NCBI GenBank assembly: GCA_016748015.1
Contig: JAAOMT010000519.1
Span: 57,906 to 121,905 of the forward strand
Source: Geosiphon pyriformis uo1
Lineage: Eukaryota; Fungi; Glomeromycota
Reading direction: 5' to 3'
DNA: 64,000 nucleotides
Position 1 is the first letter of the stretch. Every line of letters starts with the position of its first letter. Below the pieces are notes generated by a model. That model did no database searches and was not told the DNA's origin. It saw only the letters and a list, made by a program, of their open reading frames with translations. Positions 53,156-64,000 of the stretch are shown here, in pieces. A program made the position numbers and the translations under genes.

Positions 53156-56100
53156 TTAATCGTGCCATTGAGCATCAGTTGCGAGTGCGATGAAAGCGAA
53201 TCGGTCAGTCGCCTCTTCAATCTAATAATATATTAAAAGAAATAATCTTAATTCTTATCTTTAAAAGCATTGAAATGATAAAATTCCACTCACTTTTTTT
53301 TTCGTCGGCTTGCCTGCCCCATGTCCAGCCTAAAGTAAAAGTTATTGGGAGTTCATTAATCACAATATTAAGAGACGAGATAACTATGATCATTTTTCCA
53401 AGTACCTTGGTTTCAATCCTTATCAACAAAGGTTTAGGATTATCTTTGGCAACATGTTGCAATTGTGCAATATATTTATAAGAATGGAGTGGTACGCTAG
53501 AATAAAAAGAAATTTAAGTGGTTTAAGCAAATAAATCTTTAATGTTAACCAAAATATCTTACACTCTGTCGTCGTGATCAGATGTAACCAACATGACCGC
53601 TGGGTATGGCTTTTCTGATTGAACATTGTGCAAAGGAGAGTATCTGCAAAGATAAAAAATATGAAAGATTGAAAAGGAGTAAAGGACAGAACCAAAAACA
53701 TAGATGGTTCAAATTTACTTGTAAATGTATTCGAAATCCTCCTTTTTGTCAGGATCACCATAGTCACTTCGCCAAGCGTGACCGATCGTAAACTTATGAA
53801 ATCTTAGCATATCCATCACACCAACATTGGCAACCGCTGCCCCAAATAGTTCAGGAGCCTTAATAAATTGATAAAATTAATTAGAGATGTGGAATGAAAA
53901 TTTCTTTTTTTAAAATACCTGATTAATACAAGCACCAACAAGCAAGCCTCCGTTAGATCCGCCATTGATGGATAATTTCTCAGGTTTTGTATATTTATTA
54001 GTTATTAACCATTTAGATACAGCCTGCGGTACATGAAATAAAGCATAAGTTAAAGCTCCTGATTTGTTGACCGACCGACAGCCAAATAGTCAAGAGATCT
54101 AGCTTGAAAAATTACCTGGAAATCATCGAATACGTTCTGTTTCTTGTGAAGCATTCCAGCAGCATGCCAATCCTCACCATATTCGCCACCACCTCGTATA
54201 TTCGCGACTACCAATACACCCTCGTAGTGTTGTACAAAGTTAATCCATGTGGGACTGAACATTGGAGTCATGCTGATACTGAATCCTCCGTATCCGTAAA
54301 TATGTGTCGGATTTTTGCCATCAAGCGTGAGATCCTATTAAAAGAGTGGTGGATTGGAGTTGAAGAATACCATAATTTTAAAAAAACACGATTTCATAAA
54401 ATTTTCCTAACTTTTCGGGAAATAATGAAAACGGGTATTTTCGTGCCATCTTTGCTTTCCACAAAGACCTGTTTGGTCTCTAAATTCTCGGCGTCCAGGC
54501 CCTGAATTTGAGTGGTTCGGAAAACAGACATTGAATTATCCAAAAGATTGTATCGATAAATTACGCCAGGATTGAGGAATCCAGTGAATTTGAAAAAGAA
54601 TTCCGTGTCTTCATTTCGACCAGCTAACGACTCAATCGACCCTATTGGAATATCAAGCTCTCGGAGTAATTTACCGGTTGATAAATCGTGTATAGAAATT
54701 TGCTCTTTTACATCGTGCATATAAACTGTGATAAGATTGGTTTGATGGACGACTTTGGCAAATGAGAGAACGTCAACAGGATGTTGTGGGATGAGTTCGG
54801 TAAAGCCCTGAATATAAAAACTTTGTATTAAAAAAGATTTTCAAAATTCGCGAATATAAAGTTAAAAACAAGCAACCTGATCGGGTTGTTCTAAATCATA
54901 AGTGATAATTTTATATCGCGGGGCATTCAAGTTAGTCTTGAAATAGAATTTCGAACCTTGATTGATGATGCTGCAATCATAATTTCTTACAAGTTGTAAG
55001 AGGATTAGGTAGCAAACTCAAAGAAAAAAAGTGAAAAATTTACTGACTAATTATATTCTGCATCAAAATTGTCGACAACTTTGACAAAATCCAAATCAGC
55101 TGAGAAAATTAAAATTAGTTATTATTTGAGACTTCATATTCAGAATTTTGAATCTTTTTGAATTGCTCACTTGTAACTTTTCCTCCAGTCTTTTGCAAGT
55201 CCGCTATCCAAAATTTATTTACTGGATCACAATCTTTAGTGGTAGACAACAGAACGTATCGTCCATCCTCTGAAACCTCAGCACCAAACAAGTATTCAGG
55301 GTTTGTGGGATCCTGGTGTATAAGAATATCCTCTACCTGTTGAGTTCCGACTTTATGATAGTAGGTCTGATAAATATTGACCCAAATGAGTTTACATTAT
55401 AAAGTGTCTTATGCGACTGCTTTAATCCAGATTATTTCTTGGTTACCTTAGCATTTAAATTCGAGTCTGTTTCAGTGCCTTTGTCCCCTGTTTTCTCTGG
55501 CTTTGGATATTGCTGTATGATTAAGTTGGAGATGTATGGTTGATGCGGTTTTAAATTTAATATCACACAATTGCAGAATCCTCAACAAGAAATCTGAAGC
55601 GTAAAAGTATCCCACGTACATTGTAAAAAAACCCAGCATCATCATGTGTAAAGCTATAACCAGAAAATTTGACCCATTCAACTAAATCATCAAGGTGTTG
55701 ATTTGGCTCAAAACCAGTCGTGGGCTTAATATAAACTGTAACCCAATCACTTCCTTTGATGAAAACGAAAAATCAATTATTGAAAACACATTCTCGTAAA
55801 CAGGCACTATGATTACCTTTTTTAACTCACCAGATTTAGAGATACCATAAGCAAAGAGTTTACCAGATTTGGAAAAACTGTATGAAGATAAGGATGCTGT
55901 ACCGTCTGCCTCGAGTGCATTTGGCTGGGAGATATTATTCACAATTGAAGTTTAAAGAAAGAAGTTATTGATCTTTATTCAAGCGAAAAATTACTCCGAT
56001 TGATATAAAGGCAATTATACATCAAAGAAGACTTTTGGTTCACTGGTAAGTGAGGATTGTTGATAGAGCACACTGTGTAGAAGGCATGAATATTGATTAA

Positions 56101-56844
56101 AATACATGAGACCTTCTTCATTGATTAAAAATCCCTTTAAAACTGACCTTTGTGGTTGTAATCCAGTATTATGGAAATAATAATAAAAATCACCCTTTTT
56201 AAATGGGCATCCATACTTCTCATAATCATACATGGTCGTCAGACTGAAAAAAATTTTAAAATTACAAATTTCTTTTCAATATTATTAACCTTTGATTTAC
56301 GAAAAATCGTTATTTAGAACAGATGTAAACCTCTGTCGAAACTTTTCACGATCAGGGTAAGATTCCAAATACTTGTTAGTGAGAGTATTTTGAGCTTCCA
56401 CAAAGGCCTAATGCAAGTACCAAAAATTCATGATAGTTAAGATCTAAATATTTTAACAAAAATTTCTCATTCAGTCAAAAAAGTTATTACTTTTGTCTCG
56501 TCGGAATCTGGATCTTCTAACCATCGGTATGGATCAGCAACGCGAGTCCCGTGCAATTCTTCGACAGCGGATGAATCACGCCTGACCTCCGGATAAGTCC
56601 AAACCATTCTTTTTGTCGGTCGATTTTGCGTCAAGATAAAAGGATTATGTCGGTTTAAACGTGTCGTTGAAGTGAAAGTTAAAATTTTTGAGGAAAATAA
56701 TCGGACACAGCCTGAGATATGATGAATACCAAATAATAGATGTGAGGTAGACCAGGGTGAAACAGCGACACCAGCAGCAGCGGCAGCGATAGCAATAGCG
56801 GCAACTTGCTGTTGAAGTTTTAGAGGGCGGAAAAATCGATGCAT
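53156..56844 (-). CDS. PREP: Prolyl oligopeptidase (peptidase S9A), multi-exon, with N-terminal extension
   Basis: [43 protein letters not shown], catalytic [40 protein letters not shown]; ends DAQWHD* (53156-53158). Confidence 0.96.
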
Positions 56845-57544
56845 TTGTCACAATAAAAAGGGATCATTGAAAGTAAGTCCTGAATTGGTTGGTTACAATT
56901 GAGCAACATAACAACTGTTACTGGGGGACCTTTTTTTCATTGATGGAAATCATTAAAGTAATCAAGTAAAACTTTATTTCAGCGTTCGCATGAATTTATT
57001 GAAAAAATACTTTCCACAAAATGATTTGAATTGTTAAATTATCAAATGGGTTTGAAACGAAACTGCAAGGATATTTTATTTCAAATTGGAATTCAGAAGA
57101 AATTTCAGCATTTTCTTGACAAAATTAGTTGCTCCATGGTTAAAAATTTAAGCTTGTTTTGGCTGTCGAGTGGATAAACTGAGATAAAAATATTTTGCTT
57201 TTATTCCATATTTTTTTCAGAGAAGGGTAAAAATCCTCAAGAGGCTGGGGTTTATTTTAGTGACTGATAAGGTTTAGAATTCTCATTCAAAATTAGCACT
57301 TTTTTTAAGCTTCCATTGTAGAAGCGCAGCATATTTATTAATTATTGGGTACACCCTAATTATGGTGATGGCGATAAATGAGCCATGTTGATTGAAAACT
57401 AGTTTAGTACTAGTGGCGTATTTAGATGTAAAAATCAGATCATGGGAAAAATTATATAAAACCAACAATTACAGAATAAAGAAGCTTTAACCTTACTTCA
57501 TTCTCCTACTGATTCCACATTACAGAAACTCCCTTGCTTTAAAA

Positions 57545-57865
57545 ATGTCATCAGCGTTTTCTCAAAAAGAACAACATGTATCGTTTGAGTCCCAAAAATT
57601 ACCGAACGCTACATTTTCTTCAATTACCGATACCACAACCACTTTAATTACCGTTAACAATACGATGACTCTCACGACTACAAATAATACAACCACTCTT
57701 GCAAAAACTTATCCTCGAGCGCGTATGATACCCAAAAGAAGGGCTACCCCATATGTTTGGGATTTTCCAAAAACAGCCAATGCAGATATTGAAAAAGAGG
57801 ATGAAAGGAATGAGGATGAAAAGGAAAAGGAAAAGGAAAAAATTAAACAACATGAGCAAATGTAA
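57545..57865 (+). CDS. Hypothetical Thr-rich/charged small protein, divergent from PREP; may splice to an exon near 58375-58532
   Basis: aaaaATGT context and a 106 aa biased-composition ORF. A downstream frame ...ANKPSSPRASVLRKRNSLPELYEAYYQKK ends at a good donor (G|GTGAGC). No recognised domain. Confidence 0.4.
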   Translation: MSSAFSQKEQHVSFESQKLPNATFSSITDTTTTLITVNNTMTLTTTNNTTTLAKTYPRARMIPKRRATPYVWDFPKTANADIEKEDERNEDEKEKEKEKIKQHEQM

Positions 57866-60829
57866 ATTGCCAATTTCTTTTCCTTTGGTGGAGGATTTTC
57901 AAAAATCAATTTTTACTATTTAGTTATTACTATGGGTTCATCATTTGAAAATTCCTTATTCGACATATTATTGCTGGTGCTTTTAATTATGAATAATTAT
58001 TTGTTGTAAACCAATGACCCTCTTTAATCTTTCATAAATATGAATTCATTGATTGAAGAAATAGATTCGATCACGGGTTTGGACATGTACCTAAAAAATG
58101 ACTTCTACTTTGGATTATTAGAGTCTTCATGTTCATTCTTTAATAAAAAAACTGAGAACTCTGTTTAATTAAATATATTCTTTTGTGTCAAAGAATTCTT
58201 TTTCAACAAAGTGAACATCTGACAAATAGTGGCTTGATGCTTTGTTCCTCAGTTCTAATTGTTTTCTTTGCTTATTCATGTGTGACATGTACCACGTGTC
58301 TTCTAACCGACTTCAATTAAGAAACACGTCTTTTCATCAAAAACGTCGTGACAACTTTTTCCCCACTTTGGTAGCAGCCTCAAACCCAAGATCTTCCTTC
58401 TGTACTCGCAAATCCACGAATCCACAACGGAACCGCCCTTATATGCGAACAAGCCGTCGTCTCCACGAGCCTCCGTATTAAGGAAGAGAAATTCACTACC
58501 TGAGCTGTACGAAGCTTATTACCAGAAAAAAGGTGAGCATAAATACCTTATCTGCATCCAAATAAGATCAGTTATTATTATTAAGTTGTTTATTATTAAC
58601 CGTTTAGAAACGACATGTTCTAGAAGTTGAATCGAATCTTGTAAAGGAGCATACCATTAAAAGCGATAAATTGTTGGAATTTAAGGTCAGTAAACAGCAT
58701 CTGCTCTGCAGGAACCGAGGTTTACGAAGATTCTAAAGAAATTATCATTACAACTTGAATACATTAAGAATGTGATGAGAATCCACAACTGACGATTCAG
58801 AATACCTCATCGTGGGGTTACTTTCATGTATTACTGTTTAATGATATACAATGATAGCATTAACCAGGATAAGCGATTTTATAAGTGCGCATCTTAGCGT
58901 GTAATTCGTGGTTTTGATAGGTGCATTTTTTTAGATTAACTATTTTCTTCAGTCCACTGTATTACTATAGTATTGACCACTCTCAACTCCTAGGCGGAGC
59001 TTCCCAATGATTTTCAGACATCTTTCCGTTCCTTTCGATCTTGAAATCAATACTTTATCAAAAGATGAAGGGGATTTCTAGAATTTATTGCATTTCCATA
59101 GTCCAATGGTCTTGAGCCTATAAATCGGTAGACAAGCAAGCCTAAAATTTAGTACGAACACTGAGTATATTCCGCACCAAAATGTACGCTTATTTGAAAA
59201 TCTATGTAACGTCTTGCTCTCGGGGTTCAACAGTAAAGAAAAACACGCTCGGCGCCAGAATTGTTTGTCCAAGGTTCATAAAACCATCGACTATGTATTT
59301 GCTGAGACCAAGGCCTTATCGGGTTGAATAGTGAGTAATTGGAATATAAGTCTCTATTCTGATTGGCGACGTGAAGCAAAATGGGGGGGGGTGGGTGGGT
59401 TTGGATGACATTGGCAGTTTCAAACCCCTAACGCTAAGCCGTATCGCTTGTATAGTTTAAAATCTGGGGGTTTGATGGTTGCTATAGCGATAGCGGTTGA
59501 GGCATTTATAATTTATTGTAGATGACCTAAACGTTAAAGAAATCAAATAAAAATTGCTCTAAAGCGTTTTGCTTCAAGAGAAAAATATGAGCTAAAAAAG
59601 TGCTTGGAATGAATACTATACGGATGACCGAGGATGCAAAATCGGAATCGAAAAAAGCAGCGGCAGTAATATATATAGTAACACCTGCAGTCTCGATAGC
59701 TCTTTGTAGATCACGTCCGGAGCTCTGATCGTCCATACCTTTTATAGGTCGATAAATCATGTAAAAAAAATTTTCAAATACACAAGTTATATGAAATTAT
59801 TTTTTAAATAAACATTCCCAAAGCTTGAATTTGCAATTATGGCAAATTAGTAAGTTTACTCGAAAAGAAAAAAAAAACTTAAATGATCAACTAAAATTCA
59901 AACATAATTTGGAAAAAAAAATTGATGCAATTATTAACAAAAAATAAAAGGTTGACATCATTTAAAATAAATAAATATTTTAAAATTAAGTTGTATTTTT
60001 AAACAAAAGCACATTTAATTAAGATTTATTAAAAGTCAACTTATGAAATTATTTTTTGGTTTTATACTTTAATAAATTAATTAGCTTCTAGCACAATCTT
60101 AAAGATTACCATGTCTTATGGCAATTTACAGGTAGAGGGAAATTTGTATTCATTATATTTACCTCGGACCTCTACATTATAAAAAAAAATAAGATTTATG
60201 ATATAGAAATAAGTCAATCCCAAATTACATGATTATTTAACACGGTTTTTTTTAGAAATGATATGGGGTGTTTTGAAAATATTAAATTTTATGTAAGTTC
60301 TATAATTATTACTACGGATGGTTTTATACACGCTTACCAGATGGCAGTCATATTCTATATATCGTTTTAGCGTTTTAGATTTCAACGGCGAATTGTGAGT
60401 CTCCTAATGATGATAACCAATAATTGCTTTCAATGTTTAGGAAAGCAAAAGACTATAAAACGGAAAATTTTAAAAATAATTAGGTAATTCATCAACTTTT
60501 TAATATTAAATATTACCTATTTATTTGCAGCATTGCAACAATATTTATCGTTAAAGGCATACTACCATTCTTATTTTGGATTCAAGCATTTCACCACACG
60601 GAAAAAACTAATAACTAATTTAGTTAAAGTCCTACAATAAAATTTTTCCTCTTTGAAGAATAGTATTTTGGATTATTTTATATTTATCTTAAACAATGGT
60701 AACTTTTCCCCGCGATTGATATCAACACTTGGCGACAAATTAATACCAAAAAAACATATAGTAAGAATTCACTTAATAAAGTCAATTAAATTTAAGACGA
60801 TAAAAAACTTTGAAGTTATTCTATGAGAG

Positions 60830-62145
60830 ATGTTTAGCATCTCAAATTTTTGGTTTTCCCTAGTCTTCGTATTTGGAATAAGTTATCATCTATTAACCAA
60901 CATTACACAATCAAGTTTATTATCATTTAGCGTTATAACATCATCATCATCCAATTTCAAAAAAGCATTTACCTATTCGAAAAGCAATTTCATAACTCGT
61001 ACATTTGACATACTAAAAAATGGACAGCCATCTCTTGATCGAAAAGTGTGGAGTGATCAAGAGATTATTCTTAGCAGTAGAGGCTCATCTAATACAGATC
61101 ACAAATTACCAGTATCAATTGCTAATAATTCCTTCCTTGTTAACATATTAACTAAAGCTGCAAAGGAGACAAGTTCATTCTATTCTAACGAAGGAACTGG
61201 AAAAGAAATAGTCCCAGGAGTTTTTGGTATGTTTAAATTTTTTTATTTTATACCAAAAGTCATAATTCTAATTTCAAATTTAAATTATAGTAAAAATTAT
61301 TGTCAACCCAAAAGATCAGCTAGGAATTTCAAAGTTCAATATAATTTTCAAAGGGTTGAAATTATCCTTTCAAGAATGGATGACAAGAAAATATTCGTTA
61401 GTGAAGGCTCACGAATTCAATGCAAAAATAGATAAAATATTTTTGAATCAATGGAGACTAATGTCCCAAAAACTTGGTGATGAATTATTGACAATAATTG
61501 AGCCATCTGTTATCAAGGGAAAAAACCTTTTTGATTTAACGATAATGGGTCATGGTGTTGGAGCTGGTAGTTATTTATTCCACTGCAAGAAATCGAGATT
61601 TAATATAAAAAGCTTGGATTAATTAAAATTTATACCTCAAAGTTTATGCAGTCTTCACCAGTTTTATTCTCGGTACACTCTTTCCCTCAAATATAAAGAT
61701 TATAACCTTCGGTGAACCACGAATTGGCAGTTTCGAATTCGCCAAAAAGATGAATTCTTTAAGCAAGATAAATAACCTCAACATTTATCGAGTCATCTTG
61801 GACGATGATTATGTTCCGCGCTTACCAAATTCAGGTGGTCGGAGTTTATTTCACCATATTAATGAAATTTGGATTCCGCCAGAGTGTGAGTGTATAAATG
61901 AATCCGGGGATAGGCTTATTTATCAATGTTATGGAAAGGTGGTTAATGTGAAGAAGGGGATTATTGAGGAGAGTCAAGTAATATTATCCTCATTATATGT
62001 ATTATCATTATTATTTTAAGATCTGTTAATCGAAAAATCTAAATTTTTGTAGCTATGTAATAATCGATATAAAAACTTTGAAGATAAAGCCCATTACGGT
62101 CCTTACTTTGGGTATATGATTGATTATGATCGTCCGACTCAATAA
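60830..62145 (+). CDS. Second secreted Lipase_3-fold protein, predicted inactive (GHGVGA); 4 exons
   Basis: Hydrophobic N-terminus; NIIFKGL, LTIMGHGVGA|VYAVF, IITFGEPRIG, IYRVILDDDYVPRLP, FHHINEIWIPPECEC, last exon LCNNRYKNFEDKAHYGPYFG...PTQ* (TAA 62143-62145). Confidence 0.85.
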
Positions 62146-62984
62146 AGAAAATAATTGCCATTAAAGTGTTGGGAAATTCAGGAGGTGCTTTCCAAAAGTT
62201 GATAGACAAAATTTATAGAATAAAAAAAAGTTTAATCGATTGTGATTGGAGTGGGTGTCAACAGATATTTACAACAGCCTACTTTGGAAACTCATATGTA
62301 CCGGGTCATCAAAAGTCTGTAAGACGCTCAGCCATTACGATCAAATCTTGATTCAGTGCTTCTTCAACCGCATAATATAAAACAGTTTGATCATTGGATT
62401 CAAGGCAAAGACGAAAATACTCCTTTTGAAGATCAACTAGGAAAACATTTTAAATTGTTACTTCGTGGCAGTCAAGACTTATTCACTCGATTTTTATCGA
62501 TTATGCAATAATAAAGGAGCAACAGTAAGCGTGATTAAAGGAACTGACCAGCTAATTGGTCAATAATATTCTCTAAAATAAGCTCATCAGCAGTAACAAG
62601 CAATTCTAAAATGGTAGGTACTCCATGTTTATCAAGAGAAATCACGCCATCATAAATATACCTGAGCCGGAAATAAAACATATGAATTTATATTTGCTAA
62701 ATACTTTGGCGCAAACAAAAACCCTTACCTTAGGATTATCTCAAATTTTTCTGTCAAGTCTTTGAAAAAATTTAAATTGAACGTTTTTATAAAATTTTAC
62801 AGGACAAAAAATTTTGTAAAATAAATTTTAACAACTTAATACAATTCTGTAGTTTAATAATAAAAACAAAACAAAATTTTAATATTATAAACTAATTCAA
62901 ATTGGCAAACAATCTATAGATATAAAAATAGATGGCTTCGAAAATTAAAGCATCAATAAGATTTTAATTGGATTAAAATAAGGG

Positions 62985-63295
62985 CATATTTGCAAATGAA
63001 ACTATTTTTCAACAATATCAGATTATTTCTGATATTATATAATAAAAAGACACTGAACATAATTATTATGATATTTACAAACGAAGTTATTTTTTAACAA
63101 CACTAGGTTATATTTGGTATTATATAACTAAAAAATATTTGCAAACGAAGCCATTTCGCAACAGCATCAGATTATTTCGGACATAATATAACAAAAAGAC
63201 ATTGTAATATTTATCATTTTTGGCATTACATGACAAAGAGACACTATTACCACATTTACAAGAAAGCCATTTTTTGACAACACCAAATCATCTCT
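62985..63295. repeat. Degenerate tandem repeat (about 4 units, ATTTGCAAAYGAAGCCATTT...ATCAGATTATT core) inside probable decayed TE sequence
   Basis: Core recurs near 62987, 63074, 63137 and 63254 with transition differences. Confidence 0.65.
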
Positions 63296-64000
63296 GTCTC
63301 TTAATTTTTTATAGTTATAAAATTTTATTTCTATTCTATCCATAAATTTAAACATATATATTTAGTTGGTGATAATCTCTGTTATTATAATAATCCTGTT
63401 AACTCACTATTAAAAAATTGGTATAGCTAGAAAAATAATACTGAAAATAATAATTAATTATGTTTGTACTTTCAAAATTGAAAATTAATTATATATCTTT
63501 TCCATTTTTTAGAGAAAATTTAGTGTCGAATATTACATTGGCTAGAATTGATATAATAGAAAATACTGCAAAACTAATTTCCAAATTAAAAAAGTCATCA
63601 ATTATTCATTTAATCTTAAAATTTAAAATTAAATGTTACAATAGAGCCACTTAAAACTGCTAATTTTACTAAAATAATAGCAATTAAAATTAACTTAAAT
63701 TTAAAGTAGTTTTAATCAACAAGTTATAATGCCCAATGTTTGAATAAAAAAATTGATAAAATCCACAAAAGGCAACCACATGTTCCCATTCAATCTTACC
63801 TTTTTAAAAAAAATATGATAAATTCTTAATATATGCTTTAACTTTGTACTTTTCTAATATAAGAGTCTAGTTAGTAAGACAGTAAAAGCATTAATCCAAT
63901 AAATACTTCAATTTGAATTATTCTATAATTTATTCTAAACTCTATACTAATTATATACTGTAATTTTAAAAAAAGTACATTCTCTTCTTCTATAAGAAGT

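Noticed and set aside
53156-57865. PREP as a POPB/OphP-type RiPP macrocyclase with a neighbouring precursor peptide
   Set aside because: No MSDIN-like or repetitive core-peptide ORF nearby; the enzyme looks like housekeeping POP and the divergent 106 aa ORF has no precursor features.
59421-59437. Telomerase RNA template or telomeric seed (aaacccctaacgctaa)
   Set aside because: Does not match a 1.5x CCCTAA template, and there are no U-rich/A-rich triple-helix strands.
62170-62185. GGGAAATTCAGG resembling RNase P CR-I
   Set aside because: Lies about 25 nt after the lipase stop, with no CR-V partner or P1/P2 helices.

Overview
AT-rich, intron-containing eukaryotic DNA, most consistent with a Glomeromycotina (arbuscular-mycorrhizal-type) fungus. 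This is inferred from the gene families present (MLKL-like TKL kinase, BTB, F-box/LRR, multiple Lipase_3-like genes); a Geosiphon-like genome is a guess. Apparently intact spliced genes: two secreted Lipase_3-fold proteins whose catalytic Ser is Gly (1323-2902, 60830-62145), a BTB protein, glucosidase II beta subunit, a 4-TM + SH3 protein, a Pib2-like FYVE protein, a CipC-like protein, a Ser/Pro-rich disordered protein and prolyl oligopeptidase. Decayed material: a kinase + MLKL-N-like helical bundle + pseudokinase pseudogene with a complete pogo/Tigger transposon in one intron, an F-box/LRR pseudogene, and a ~9.5 kb extremely AT-rich block (39.3-48.8 kb). That block holds retrotransposon relics (a readable Ty3/gypsy gag) eroded by C->T on both strands, with an apparent TpC/CpG rather than CpA bias, nested inverted repeats and one ~100 bp unmutated island. 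Best candidates for new biology: (1) the non-RIP-like repeat hypermutation signature, (2) the RIPK/MLKL-like fusion architecture, (3) the nucleophile-less secreted pseudo-lipase family. All gene models and counts were made by hand; no database searches were run.
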